A DNA stretch of 64,000 nt from a virus, in IMG/VR virus record IMGVR_UViG_3300028844_004552, positions 9,629 through 73,628 of that record; one strand, given 5' to 3'. Positions within the stretch are counted from its first letter, which is position 1. Each line of letters begins with the position of its first letter. The notes beneath the pieces were generated by a model, which was given only the letters and a program-made list of their open reading frames with translations, was not told the DNA's origin and searched no databases. Positions 10,651 through 20,904 of the stretch are shown in pieces. The translations under genes and the position numbers were made by a program.

Positions 10651-11528
10651 TGGGACTTATTAGAAGAAAAATATTACTTGAAGATGCAATTTATAGAGGT
10701 GAAGGGCAATTAGGTGTGGAATATGGTCAAATGACCGCAGATACCTTCTATGTCAACATAATACTTACTCAGAATATTGACGATATGGGGATGATGACCA
10801 ACCTTGAATTCATCTCTGGTAGTACAGACCCAGCATCACAACCAGATTATACTATACTTGAAAATAAATTAATAGCATCTGGTATAACATTTCCTTTTAT
10901 GTTAGGAACTCAACCCCCAACACCATTAACTACTCCAGACACCACTAACATAAGGGTTGTCGGTAAGGAGTTAGAGGATTATTGGGCTTATGCTAGTAGA
11001 ATAACTGGGTCAACAGATTCTAAGAAAGTTAATGTTAAGGGATATGATAATACGAATAAATATATCACCAATTTTGATATTGAAAAAAATATTTATGAAA
11101 ATTATTTAGGTGATACTATTAGTGGGAAAACTAGGATAACAGACCAAATTATTTCAGCAACAACCTACGTGTTTGATGCTAATGATGATTCAAATATAGG
11201 TACGGTAAATCAATCTACTGGGTTGTTATATACTGATTACACTGGGTTAACTAGATTTCTTACAAGTGAGTTCCTTCCAAGTCAAATTCCACTAACAAAC
11301 TTTCAATATGAGGGTGAGGGATGGAACCGAACTAATACATCACTTTCAGCATTAACTAAGGAAGAATACTTATTTGGTATAACACAACCACCAGAAGTAT
11401 TTAGCGATGTATTTATTGATAGGGGTGCAACAACAGTATTAGAAAGTCATTTAAGATTATCAGAAATTGAGAGTCTTGAACACTTAGAAAGATATAATAA
11501 TGGTTTTTATAATATAGTAGACCAATAA
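10650..11528 (+). CDS. Hypothetical virion structural protein
   Basis: Coupled ORF of 292 aa in structural cluster. Confidence 0.7.
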   Translation: MGLIRRKILLEDAIYRGEGQLGVEYGQMTADTFYVNIILTQNIDDMGMMTNLEFISGSTDPASQPDYTILENKLIASGITFPFMLGTQPPTPLTTPDTTNIRVVGKELEDYWAYASRITGSTDSKKVNVKGYDNTNKYITNFDIEKNIYENYLGDTISGKTRITDQIISATTYVFDANDDSNIGTVNQSTGLLYTDYTGLTRFLTSEFLPSQIPLTNFQYEGEGWNRTNTSLSALTKEEYLFGITQPPEVFSDVFIDRGATTVLESHLRLSEIESLEHLERYNNGFYNIVDQ

Positions 11529-11543
11529 AAAAATAAATTTAAA

Positions 11544-12464
11544 ATGGCAACAGGAACATACGGGGTCGTAAGACCAGCAGACATAACACCAGACGATGTG
11601 GATATCTTTATCCACTACACACCTAATAGAAATACTGGAAACTCAACCATTATTAAGGTTGATAATCCAGCTGAATATTTAATTCCAATAGATGACCCAT
11701 CTAAAGGTGAATCTGGAATAACTAGTTTTCAGTTATTTAGTGGATTATATACACTAAAATTACCAGTTGCTGATTTTGGTGTTAAAGGATTTTATACTAT
11801 AATGATTAAACCAGTTGAGATTAGAACAACTATCGTTGATTGTGGTGTATTATCAGCTTATCCAGATATTAAAGGTCTTGTATTTGACTTATCAGATATT
11901 GACTCTAGATTTATCTCTAGATTTGATAACGGTGGTCTTAGTGGTTATAGAATTGAGTACCTTGACAATACTAATAAAACTGATACTAAATTACATAACT
12001 TTTTTAGAATAATAACTAGTAATAATAAGGCTGAACCAGTTAATCAAAACTTAACTAATTCAAGTCAAAAAGCGATTCGTTATAGATTTAATGACAATTC
12101 AACATTAACCTTCTGTACAGTTACACCTAGTTCAGCTAGTAATGTTAAACCTAATGTGTTACCAAATATAGGAAACCCAAATCAAAAGGTAATCATTACA
12201 AACACATTTTTTAATCCAATTATGCTTGAAATAGAGATGGTAGACCACGATATTGAAACACTTGCAATTGGTTTATTCGGAAATCAGTCAAAATCTCTGG
12301 AAGACGGTATTTATACTATATATAACTTTAGAAATGAAATTTATAAGCAATATAACCTTTATGAAATCAAAGACCAATTTACTGGTGAACCATTATTTGA
12401 GGTTAGAGAAGAGAAAGATAATGTTGATTTTACAAAGTCATTCAATGAGATAACAAACTTTTAA
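11544..12464 (+). CDS. Hypothetical virion structural protein
   Basis: 306-aa ORF with A-rich leader in structural cluster. Confidence 0.7.
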   Translation: MATGTYGVVRPADITPDDVDIFIHYTPNRNTGNSTIIKVDNPAEYLIPIDDPSKGESGITSFQLFSGLYTLKLPVADFGVKGFYTIMIKPVEIRTTIVDCGVLSAYPDIKGLVFDLSDIDSRFISRFDNGGLSGYRIEYLDNTNKTDTKLHNFFRIITSNNKAEPVNQNLTNSSQKAIRYRFNDNSTLTFCTVTPSSASNVKPNVLPNIGNPNQKVIITNTFFNPIMLEIEMVDHDIETLAIGLFGNQSKSLEDGIYTIYNFRNEIYKQYNLYEIKDQFTGEPLFEVREEKDNVDFTKSFNEITNF

Positions 12465-12468
12465 TTAA

Positions 12469-15261
12469 ATGGGTAATAAGGTTAAGGTAGTAGGATACGC
12501 AACGAAACAAGTATTTAATGGTAACATAGAATATAGAAATTTTTCGAATGACTTAGTGGGTAATCAATCCACTGGGGGTGATTCTCTATTTACCTTAGGT
12601 AATTTTGCAATAACCACTACACTTGACGCTAAACCAAGTAAGATATTTACGACAAATAAGTTTAGTAATTTTAATAACCTTTGTAATCTTAATTTAACGG
12701 TTGAAGAAACTGATGTATTTCTTAATAATGCTGAGGTTGAATTAAAATTAGATAAGACTAATCTTTGTAATTATGCTTATTTTGGTAGTATGTTGGAGTA
12801 TGTTAGAGTATCACTTGAAAGTATTATTACCAAGTGGCCAGCTTCAATATATATGAACTCGATTATCGATGATAATCTAACCAATCTTACAGTTGAAGAC
12901 TACATATACGATACGATTATTGACACATCCACTTTCAAGGTAGATACGAATGTAATTAGAAACCAATACCAAATCAACTTCTTAAAAAACGGGATTGTTG
13001 TGGATGGATTTAGCAATGGAAATGATATGCGTAACTTATCTGTTAATTATTTAAGTTATAGTGTGTTAAATGACAACATAGAATATGCTGTTTTAGATTT
13101 CACAGGTTCTACAAATCTTACTGATGATTATATATATTTAACCGTAAAGGGTAATCCATTTAGTGGTATAACTGGTACTACATCAACAATTAATTATCAT
13201 ATTAAACCAAATAAACTAAAAGAAGAAACATTTTATACAGAATTACCAGACTTTGAGGCTAATCTATTAAATAGATTGACAACACCTAAATATACATCAG
13301 TATATAAGGTTCCAAAGAGAAATGAGATGGGTACGATTATATCAACTACAAATACCCTTACATGGCCCGTATCTGATGGTTATAATATTGACTTTAATTC
13401 ATCAGAATATATTTCATTTGCTGAAGATTTAATCAACATTTCAACTAACTTCGATGAAAACAAAACCAACCTTATGGTTCGTTTCTTAACAGCTGAGGCA
13501 ATCTCAGATTTTGATACGGTACAGACTTGTGATGGTGGTATAGTAGAAACCGAGAGTCAGAGAATGAATAAAACTCTTAAGATTTACGGTAGAGAATATG
13601 ACGAAGTTAAACGATATATTGATGGGATTCAATATGCAAACACTGTAACATATAACGAAGTTGACAATACACCAAACGCTGTTCTTAAATATTTAGCTAA
13701 AACACTTGGTTGGGGTCTTGTTTCATCTGTACTTGAAAATGACCTATTAGCTAACTATGTGACATCATCTGAATCTACATATTCTGGAATGAGTAGGGGT
13801 TATACAGCAGTTGAAGCTGAGGTTGAAATGTGGAGAAGGATTATCCTTAATACTCCTTGGCTTTGGAAATCTAAGGGTGCTAGGAAGTCCGTAGAGTTCT
13901 TATTTAAATTTATTGGGGCACCAGATGGTCTTATTAACTTTAATGAGTTTATATACCTTGCTAAGGATAAAATTGATGTTGACTTATTTAAAACATTACT
14001 AGAGGCTAATAATTTAGATACTGATATTAGTTTATATAATTTAGATTCTGATGGTTACCCAAGAATTAAAAATAATAACCCAGACATGTATTTCCAAAAG
14101 GGTGGTCTTTGGTTTAGACAAACCGCTGGTTCTGGTGCAACAATAGACATTACAAGTGGTAACAATCCACATGTTGGACCATACGATGGTGGTGCGGCAT
14201 TTATGAATCAATTTAATTGTTTGATTCCAAATTTTAGTGCAACTACAGTTTCATCTACAACAGTAACAACTGATTCAAGTAACTTATTTACCAATTATGA
14301 ATCTGGTACTGTAAATGAATATGATGGTGATTACTTCGTTGATGTTACATCAGACGGTGTTGACATTTCGGATTGTGTTGTTGTGACAACAACAAAGGTA
14401 CCAGACCCATTCCCAACAGCATCTGAAATAAGTGATTGTGGATGTGAGGTTGATGAGGATGATTACGCATTATTAATTAATACTACATGTAGTTCAGAAA
14501 AATTAACAATTGACTGTAGAGGTAAATTAGGTGGTCAAGTAGTTATTGACCCAGAGAACGGTTGGTTTACATTTATATATAACACTTACGATGTAGAAGG
14601 TAATATATTACCACAAACATATACTAGTATATATGCTAGTACAGAATGTTGTCGTTCTTACGGTGGTGCACCATTATTCTATGAGGATTTCGGTGATTAT
14701 AGCTTTCCAGTTGGTGTCACACCAAAACCAACTCCATTGGTGAATTGTGGTTATGTATGTTGTAAAACTGATTCATGTGGATGTTCAGCTACATGTAATT
14801 GGACTATAGAAACTTCTGGTAAGAATTTATTTTTAATTCCACCACACCCAAACCCATTTTTAGTGTTTGTTAAACCAAACGGTGACAAAACGAATATTGT
14901 ACCAACATCATGTTCATGTCCAATTAACTTTACAGTACCAGTTACTGATGTTATAGATACATTTAACTCACCTAATACAGGTACTGGTTGTATGTTAACT
15001 AAAAACGGTCTTAATGACATAAATAATAATAACACATATTATTATTTATCACAAGATGGTGATACATTAGAATGGTCAATACAATTATTCTTTCCAACTA
15101 CTAATAACCCAACACCACCAACTGGTGCAACAACTAGTTTCTTAGAAACATTGTTTCTTGGTATGGCTGGAGGTCAATTACCATGTGATAATCAATACAT
15201 GAATGTAGATGGTTTAGAAGTAAATAACGATACATATTACGATAATAACGATACAAAATAA
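12469..15261 (+). CDS. Baseplate wedge-like protein (P2 gpI/T4 gp7-like core) with Cys-rich C-terminus
   Basis: LKYLAKTLGW...WRRIILNTPWLWKSKGARKSVEFLFKFIG resembles Tail_P2_I-type wedge motif. Confidence 0.62.
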   Translation: MGNKVKVVGYATKQVFNGNIEYRNFSNDLVGNQSTGGDSLFTLGNFAITTTLDAKPSKIFTTNKFSNFNNLCNLNLTVEETDVFLNNAEVELKLDKTNLCNYAYFGSMLEYVRVSLESIITKWPASIYMNSIIDDNLTNLTVEDYIYDTIIDTSTFKVDTNVIRNQYQINFLKNGIVVDGFSNGNDMRNLSVNYLSYSVLNDNIEYAVLDFTGSTNLTDDYIYLTVKGNPFSGITGTTSTINYHIKPNKLKEETFYTELPDFEANLLNRLTTPKYTSVYKVPKRNEMGTIISTTNTLTWPVSDGYNIDFNSSEYISFAEDLINISTNFDENKTNLMVRFLTAEAISDFDTVQTCDGGIVETESQRMNKTLKIYGREYDEVKRYIDGIQYANTVTYNEVDNTPNAVLKYLAKTLGWGLVSSVLENDLLANYVTSSESTYSGMSRGYTAVEAEVEMWRRIILNTPWLWKSKGARKSVEFLFKFIGAPDGLINFNEFIYLAKDKIDVDLFKTLLEANNLDTDISLYNLDSDGYPRIKNNNPDMYFQKGGLWFRQTAGSGATIDITSGNNPHVGPYDGGAAFMNQFNCLIPNFSATTVSSTTVTTDSSNLFTNYESGTVNEYDGDYFVDVTSDGVDISDCVVVTTTKVPDPFPTASEISDCGCEVDEDDYALLINTTCSSEKLTIDCRGKLGGQVVIDPENGWFTFIYNTYDVEGNILPQTYTSIYASTECCRSYGGAPLFYEDFGDYSFPVGVTPKPTPLVNCGYVCCKTDSCGCSATCNWTIETSGKNLFLIPPHPNPFLVFVKPNGDKTNIVPTSCSCPINFTVPVTDVIDTFNSPNTGTGCMLTKNGLNDINNNNTYYYLSQDGDTLEWSIQLFFPTTNNPTPPTGATTSFLETLFLGMAGGQLPCDNQYMNVDGLEVNNDTYYDNNDTK

Positions 15262-16964
15262 TGGGGTATTTTTTTCCACATAATAAAGATGGTAGTGGTC
15301 ATGATGGACCAATTGGTTGTCAAACTAGTGATGCTGTGGTAGATACTGGTGGAATTGTAAATGAGAATTCTGACGGGTCTGTATCAGTATATAATAATGA
15401 TGGTAGTTACAGACCATTGACTAAAGAGTGTTGTGAGACACTTAATCCATCGTATACGTTTGATTTTAACGAACAACAATGTAGATGGGGTGCTGGTTGT
15501 GATGAAGATAATAAACCATATCAATTAGTATTAAATCCAAATGGTAATGCTGGGGTTATCTTTGATGTTGACGGTGATAATGGTGAGGACTGTATATTAA
15601 ATGTTAAATTTGATTATTTATTTAATCTTGATTGTGATATTATATATGATGCACTACAAGCAAATCAATTATTTACCTTAGATGGTGATACTCAAGCATT
15701 GGTTTTCCAATTAAGTGGTAGATGTGAAGAAATATCTACATTGGTAAGTACACTTGAGGTTAATCTTATTTCGTTGACTACTGAATTGAGTAATACACCA
15801 TATGTTATTCAGTGTAGTGAAATTATAAAAGACCCAGAACATGAAGTTCATGAAACACAAAAAACTGTTGGTGGATTCAATTCATTATTACCACCTAACG
15901 CATTCCCAATAAGTGAATATGGAATAGTGACATATTGTTTAACACCTAGTGGTTTAACTGCTTGGAATACAATTTTAGGGACTGTAAATTATGACACTTG
16001 GTTTGCATCAGAGGGTGTGAACACTTCACTATATACATGTGTTGATGTTGATACACTTCTTGATTTAGATAATGGAAGTGGTGACCTTATAGGTACTTGT
16101 GATGTTAGTGTTACGACTAGACAAGAAATAATAACTCAAATAACTGAAACTCAAGAAGAGATAATAACACTTACAAATGAATGTGATGAAATTCAGATTC
16201 AAATAGCAACCTTAATTGGTGATACTAATTGTAATACATTCTTAGAAATGTTGGAAACTCTTAATGTTTCTATGACATTAGAGGTTATTGATTATCCATC
16301 ACCAGCTAACACACCAGTATCAACAACGGTTTATGAAGAAACAATATTTAATATTGGTGAAGATAATCTCTTAGATTATTTATTATCTGCTAATGGTAAA
16401 ACTGGATTTTATATTAGTGGTTCAGAAACTAACAACATATGTGAGGTTATTGAAGGTGGGTTGGTTGATGACATAAATGCAACTGGAGACTTAACTGGTA
16501 TTTTTGAAACTAATTCTGAATTGGTAGACTTAGTAAATACATCATTTAATTCAGAATGGCTTGGGGCAGACATTAACATAACTGACCCAGCAATTATTTC
16601 TGGAATTACGAATCAAGAGATTAAGATATCACTTAAGATTAACGATTGTTGTTTTGATTTAGGTATCCTAATCGATAGAATCGAAATGAATAAGGAATGT
16701 AGTAACACTGAAAGTACTACCATTAGAATTAACAAGTGTCCAAGTTTTGACTTGGTAAGGGTTTGTGACAATAAGAAATCATGGCTTACTAATGAAGACG
16801 CTGAGAAAAGAGAGTTCGACCTTAAATTAAGGGGTACTGGATATAATATTAAGGATTATAGACTTGCAATAAATAGTAAAGAAGTTGATTTAGATATCAA
16901 CCCAGCCAATGCAATAGAACAAGATTTATATTGTTATGTTACTTCCAAAGTGGGTGTACTGTAG
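15261..16964 (+). CDS. Cys-rich acidic structural protein, N-terminal part of a probably frameshifted gene
   Basis: 567-aa ORF that ends abruptly shortly after a tgtta-tgtta duplication at 16932-16941. Confidence 0.7.
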   Translation: MGYFFPHNKDGSGHDGPIGCQTSDAVVDTGGIVNENSDGSVSVYNNDGSYRPLTKECCETLNPSYTFDFNEQQCRWGAGCDEDNKPYQLVLNPNGNAGVIFDVDGDNGEDCILNVKFDYLFNLDCDIIYDALQANQLFTLDGDTQALVFQLSGRCEEISTLVSTLEVNLISLTTELSNTPYVIQCSEIIKDPEHEVHETQKTVGGFNSLLPPNAFPISEYGIVTYCLTPSGLTAWNTILGTVNYDTWFASEGVNTSLYTCVDVDTLLDLDNGSGDLIGTCDVSVTTRQEIITQITETQEEIITLTNECDEIQIQIATLIGDTNCNTFLEMLETLNVSMTLEVIDYPSPANTPVSTTVYEETIFNIGEDNLLDYLLSANGKTGFYISGSETNNICEVIEGGLVDDINATGDLTGIFETNSELVDLVNTSFNSEWLGADINITDPAIISGITNQEIKISLKINDCCFDLGILIDRIEMNKECSNTESTTIRINKCPSFDLVRVCDNKKSWLTNEDAEKREFDLKLRGTGYNIKDYRLAINSKEVDLDINPANAIEQDLYCYVTSKVGVL

Positions 16965-17293
16965 ATACTATTTGGGGTATAGATGTTAGTTTGGGATGTG
17001 AGACTATTTATAGTAACGATTCATTCTATGTTAGTACTGGAATCACAGATACACCAACACAACAAGAGTATCTTATTGAGTTGAGTGGGATTGCTGCAAC
17101 ATTAGGGTTAGAATTTACAAGTGGTGCTACTGAGGTTATATTTACTGACGTGGTAGATTGTGAGGGTGTTAATTATTTAAATGAAACATTTAAGGTTGAT
17201 TTAACATTGGATATCACAACTCTTTGTATTAAGAACTTCCAAGATGGTGAAGATTTCTTATTCCAAGATGATACACCATATGAATTTAATTAA
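16931..17293 (+). CDS. Probable C-terminal continuation of the 15261 gene (shifted frame)
   Basis: Only a TTG start and no leader; composition matches upstream ORF; removing one tgtta copy fuses the frames (LYCYFQSGC...). Confidence 0.6.
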   Translation: MLCYFQSGCTVDTIWGIDVSLGCETIYSNDSFYVSTGITDTPTQQEYLIELSGIAATLGLEFTSGATEVIFTDVVDCEGVNYLNETFKVDLTLDITTLCIKNFQDGEDFLFQDDTPYEFN

Positions 17294-17321
17294 AATAAAA
17301 AAATAGAAAAATAGAAATAAA

Positions 17322-18404
17322 ATGGGAAAATTAACAGGTCAAGACGCATTTAGTGGAACACCAGCTGGTAATGATGTAATTCACATGGTGGATGTAAGTG
17401 ATACTACTGACAGTGCAGAAGGTACATCATTCAAAATACCTTTAAGTGGATTATCTGAATATTATGGGGTTTCGTATTGGACCTCTGGTTCTACAGGTAC
17501 TGGTTCAGTAAAAACAATAAGTGGTGGTACGGTATCAACAGGTGATTATTCAGTTGCGGAAGGTAATTTAACTAGGGCGACTGGTAATTATTCACATGCT
17601 GAGAATGATAGTACAAAAGCAAGTGGTACTGCATCACATGCCGAAGGTAACACTACTATAGCTAGTGGACCTAATTCACATGCAGAAGGTGACACCACCC
17701 TAGCAACTGGTACCACATCACACGCTGAGGGGGTTAACACAATAGCTTCTGGTACCGCATCACACGCTGAGGGTAATGGTACTCAAGCTAGTGGTACCGC
17801 ATCACATGCTGAGGGTGACGGTACGACAGCTAGTGGTACTACATCACATGCTGAGGGTAGTGGAACTATAGCTGGTGGAACTAATTCACATGCTGAGGGT
17901 CTTAATACAATAACTAGTAATTTTGCAGCACATGCTGAGGGTCAAGGTACTATAGCTAGTGGACCTAATGCTCATGCAGAAGGTCTTACTACAATAGCAA
18001 ATGGAAACCAATCACATGCTGAGGGGTATTTCACAGAAGCTAATGGTGTTGCTTCACATGCTGGTGGTCGTAGAGGTGTTGCTGATGGTAATGAATCATT
18101 TGTTCATTTTTATTCTACTACAACTGGGCTGGGTGTATATAGTGATTATTCAGCAATACTAGGTGGTACTGATAACCACATCACAACAGGTGCAACTAAT
18201 TCAGTTGTATTAGGTGGTAGTGATATAACTGGTACTACAGCTGATATGGTATATGTACCAGACTTAAATATTGTAAACTGTCCATCTTATGCTGACGATG
18301 CAGCTGCTGGGGTTGGTGGTCTTACTATAGGTATGGTTTATCAAACGACTGGTGCTGGTGCGTCTCCTTTAGATGCTGCTGGTATATTAATGATTAAACA
18401 ATAA
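17322..18404 (+). CDS. Tail fibre/adhesin with YadA-head-like (trimeric beta-roll) repeats
   Basis: 13 tandem 14-aa units containing S/AHAEG. Confidence 0.8.
   Translation: MGKLTGQDAFSGTPAGNDVIHMVDVSDTTDSAEGTSFKIPLSGLSEYYGVSYWTSGSTGTGSVKTISGGTVSTGDYSVAEGNLTRATGNYSHAENDSTKASGTASHAEGNTTIASGPNSHAEGDTTLATGTTSHAEGVNTIASGTASHAEGNGTQASGTASHAEGDGTTASGTTSHAEGSGTIAGGTNSHAEGLNTITSNFAAHAEGQGTIASGPNAHAEGLTTIANGNQSHAEGYFTEANGVASHAGGRRGVADGNESFVHFYSTTTGLGVYSDYSAILGGTDNHITTGATNSVVLGGSDITGTTADMVYVPDLNIVNCPSYADDAAAGVGGLTIGMVYQTTGAGASPLDAAGILMIKQ
17535..18068 (+). repeat. Degenerate 42-bp coding tandem repeat (13 units, SHAEG)
   Basis: tcacatgctgaggg-like core recurs every 42 nt. Confidence 0.9.
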
Positions 18405-18409
18405 AATAA

Positions 18410-19135
18410 ATGGGTAATTGTAAAACTGTAATAACGTTAACTAACGAGAAATTTGAGTCTTGTGGTGATTTGGGTGTAAACTTAGATGATTTATTGTCTA
18501 CTGATTTAGATACAATGACCACACTTAAGGAATTCAAGGATATCGTTTCAACCGAACTAATAGATGTTTCGGGTTGGAAGACTATGTCTAGTTACCCAAC
18601 ACTTAAGTTGTTATATGAGAGATATATGAATAGTACTGATTATTGTGATACATTGAGTTCACAATTTGACTATTCTGATATGATTAGGTTCTCAGAATTG
18701 GTTGGTACATATTGGGTTGACCTTATTGAACAAGTGGTCCCATCAACAACCATATGGGGTTCAACATATGTATATGGTAATACAATCTTTGACCAACAGA
18801 AATTTAAATACAAAAAATATAGTCTTTTCACTTGTGCAGACCCAAGTTTCATCGATGGTGAATTCCCAAGTCCAACAAGTGGTACAACAAACGATGTTGA
18901 AGTTACAATAACAACATTACCTAACCCAGTAGAAGACCTTGTGTCTACAGGTACTACAGATACCACAGCAACAACTGTTACAACAACGACAGCGGTTGAA
19001 GTTTGTACTGGTGTTAGTGCATGGCAAATAAATGTAGGTTCAGAGTTTGTTGGTAGCATAACGGTTAGTGGTAGTGATACTACTGGTGACTCAACTAGAA
19101 ATAATGGTGACATACAAGTATTTCAATCAACTTAA
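18410..19135 (+). CDS. Hypothetical structural protein
   Basis: 241-aa ORF, YWVDLIEQVVPSTTIW motif, Thr-rich tail; in tail cluster. Confidence 0.7.
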   Translation: MGNCKTVITLTNEKFESCGDLGVNLDDLLSTDLDTMTTLKEFKDIVSTELIDVSGWKTMSSYPTLKLLYERYMNSTDYCDTLSSQFDYSDMIRFSELVGTYWVDLIEQVVPSTTIWGSTYVYGNTIFDQQKFKYKKYSLFTCADPSFIDGEFPSPTSGTTNDVEVTITTLPNPVEDLVSTGTTDTTATTVTTTTAVEVCTGVSAWQINVGSEFVGSITVSGSDTTGDSTRNNGDIQVFQST

Positions 19136-19150
19136 TAGATATTTATAGAT

Positions 19151-19387
19151 ATGCCAAAATTAATACAAAACATTGAGGGTTCAATACTAGATAATTTCGA
19201 GACAACCACTAAATTAATTAGGTCGGTTGAGGGTTACTATGGACAAGAAGATTATATCAAGTTAGGAAGTTTTGAAGCATTCTTACAAGATTTCAGATAC
19301 GCTCCAATAGTTACGGATTTAACTCCACCACCAACGTTTGGTCTTAAAAATAAAACAGAATACATTACACTAGATATATCATATTAA
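19151..19387 (+). CDS. Small hypothetical protein
   Basis: 78 aa, preceded by gatatttata motif, coupled to next gene. Confidence 0.6.
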   Translation: MPKLIQNIEGSILDNFETTTKLIRSVEGYYGQEDYIKLGSFEAFLQDFRYAPIVTDLTPPPTFGLKNKTEYITLDISY

Positions 19388-20850
19388 TGAGTTACTTTGA
19401 AAATAACATATATATTCAAACAGCATACCAAGGGGTTAGAAATAAAGACATTTTAAATGTTAATACTAGTTCTGACTTTTGTGTATTTGAAGGTCCGTCA
19501 TTTGATATGATTGGTGCCGACCAAATTGTCACTGGGGTAACCAGTGCTGATACGTCTATACATATTATAACAACAGCAACAACAATAGATTTAGGGTTCA
19601 CAATAACAGCTAATACAGAATCAATATCAGATACTGATACAACATTTAGATATGAAGTTCATAAGTTAGATTTAAACAGTGGTTTATTCAACACATCACC
19701 ACAATATATTTCAGATGAAATTCCATGGTCTGCTTTTACTGACACTACTGGTAGTGCAACCACAGAAACGATTGATATTAGTAGACTAGATATAGACGGT
19801 GAATACTTAATTAAAAATTCATTTACACATGAAGTTTGTACTGAATTTGCTAGTAGACTAGGTTATAGAAACGACACATCACTATACAAGACTGGTGATG
19901 AATATGGTTTATATAATTCAAATAAGGATTTTTATATGTCAATTTCTAGACATGCTGATACACCATTATTTGACCCGTTCGGAGCTAATGATACACCAAT
20001 AAATGTCCTTCTCCAACAAGTAATAATACCAACAGATGGTCAGACATATTTTATTATATCATCTGATATATCTGGTGATTTCATTGTTACTGTTAATGGG
20101 TTGGTTATGGCTAAAGGTCTTGATTATACGGTTGGTCAATATAGTGCTGGTACTTTACCATATACAATTACAATGTCAGCTGAAACCAAGAGTACTGATA
20201 TTGTTACATTTATATATTCTACCAGTACTACTGGTGGTAATGGTTTAAAAAGTGAAGTAATCGATGTCACATCAATCACTAGTGGTGCAACTGATGGTGA
20301 GGGTACAAATACTATATATTATAATACGACAACTAGTCAGTATGAAGTATTCTTAGAACTTAACCCAACTAGTTCTGACAGTATATTATTAATGGTAAAT
20401 GGTGCTACCCTAGCTAATGGTATTGATTATTACCAATCAATATCAAATCCGAAGCGTCTGATTTTAATCGGTACTATCTTAGTTGGTGACATTATAACTG
20501 TTGCATATAATCAAAGTGCGGACCTTGTTGATAGTGTTAACACCACATACCCAACAATATACTGGTCAATCCAGAACCCACCAACAGTGGTGAATGGTAA
20601 GTTTATTCTTGAGTTTGCATCAGACAAAGCTATGACTAGTCAAATTAGTAGTGCAGAAACAAGTTATATAGTTGCGACTAATGGATATTCTATAGATACT
20701 ACTATCTCTGGAACTGTTGGCACGGAAATATATTATAGAGTAACAAATATTAAAGATTATGTTACAATTACAAATGACATTATACAAAGTATTGCGTATA
20801 GTGAGATAATACCAATAACAATTGCAACAAATGCGATTAATTCCTATTAA
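19387..20850 (+). CDS. Tail/baseplate-associated beta-rich structural protein
   Basis: Two repeats of V.VNG...A.G.DY (VTVNGLVMAKGLDY, LMVNGATLANGIDY) typical of phage baseplate/fibre domains. Confidence 0.65.
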   Translation: MSYFENNIYIQTAYQGVRNKDILNVNTSSDFCVFEGPSFDMIGADQIVTGVTSADTSIHIITTATTIDLGFTITANTESISDTDTTFRYEVHKLDLNSGLFNTSPQYISDEIPWSAFTDTTGSATTETIDISRLDIDGEYLIKNSFTHEVCTEFASRLGYRNDTSLYKTGDEYGLYNSNKDFYMSISRHADTPLFDPFGANDTPINVLLQQVIIPTDGQTYFIISSDISGDFIVTVNGLVMAKGLDYTVGQYSAGTLPYTITMSAETKSTDIVTFIYSTSTTGGNGLKSEVIDVTSITSGATDGEGTNTIYYNTTTSQYEVFLELNPTSSDSILLMVNGATLANGIDYYQSISNPKRLILIGTILVGDIITVAYNQSADLVDSVNTTYPTIYWSIQNPPTVVNGKFILEFASDKAMTSQISSAETSYIVATNGYSIDTTISGTVGTEIYYRVTNIKDYVTITNDIIQSIAYSEIIPITIATNAINSY

Positions 20851-20904
20851 ATGTTTACTTAGGAGTATTTATTAGTAAATAAGAAATAAAGATATTTATA
20901 AGAC

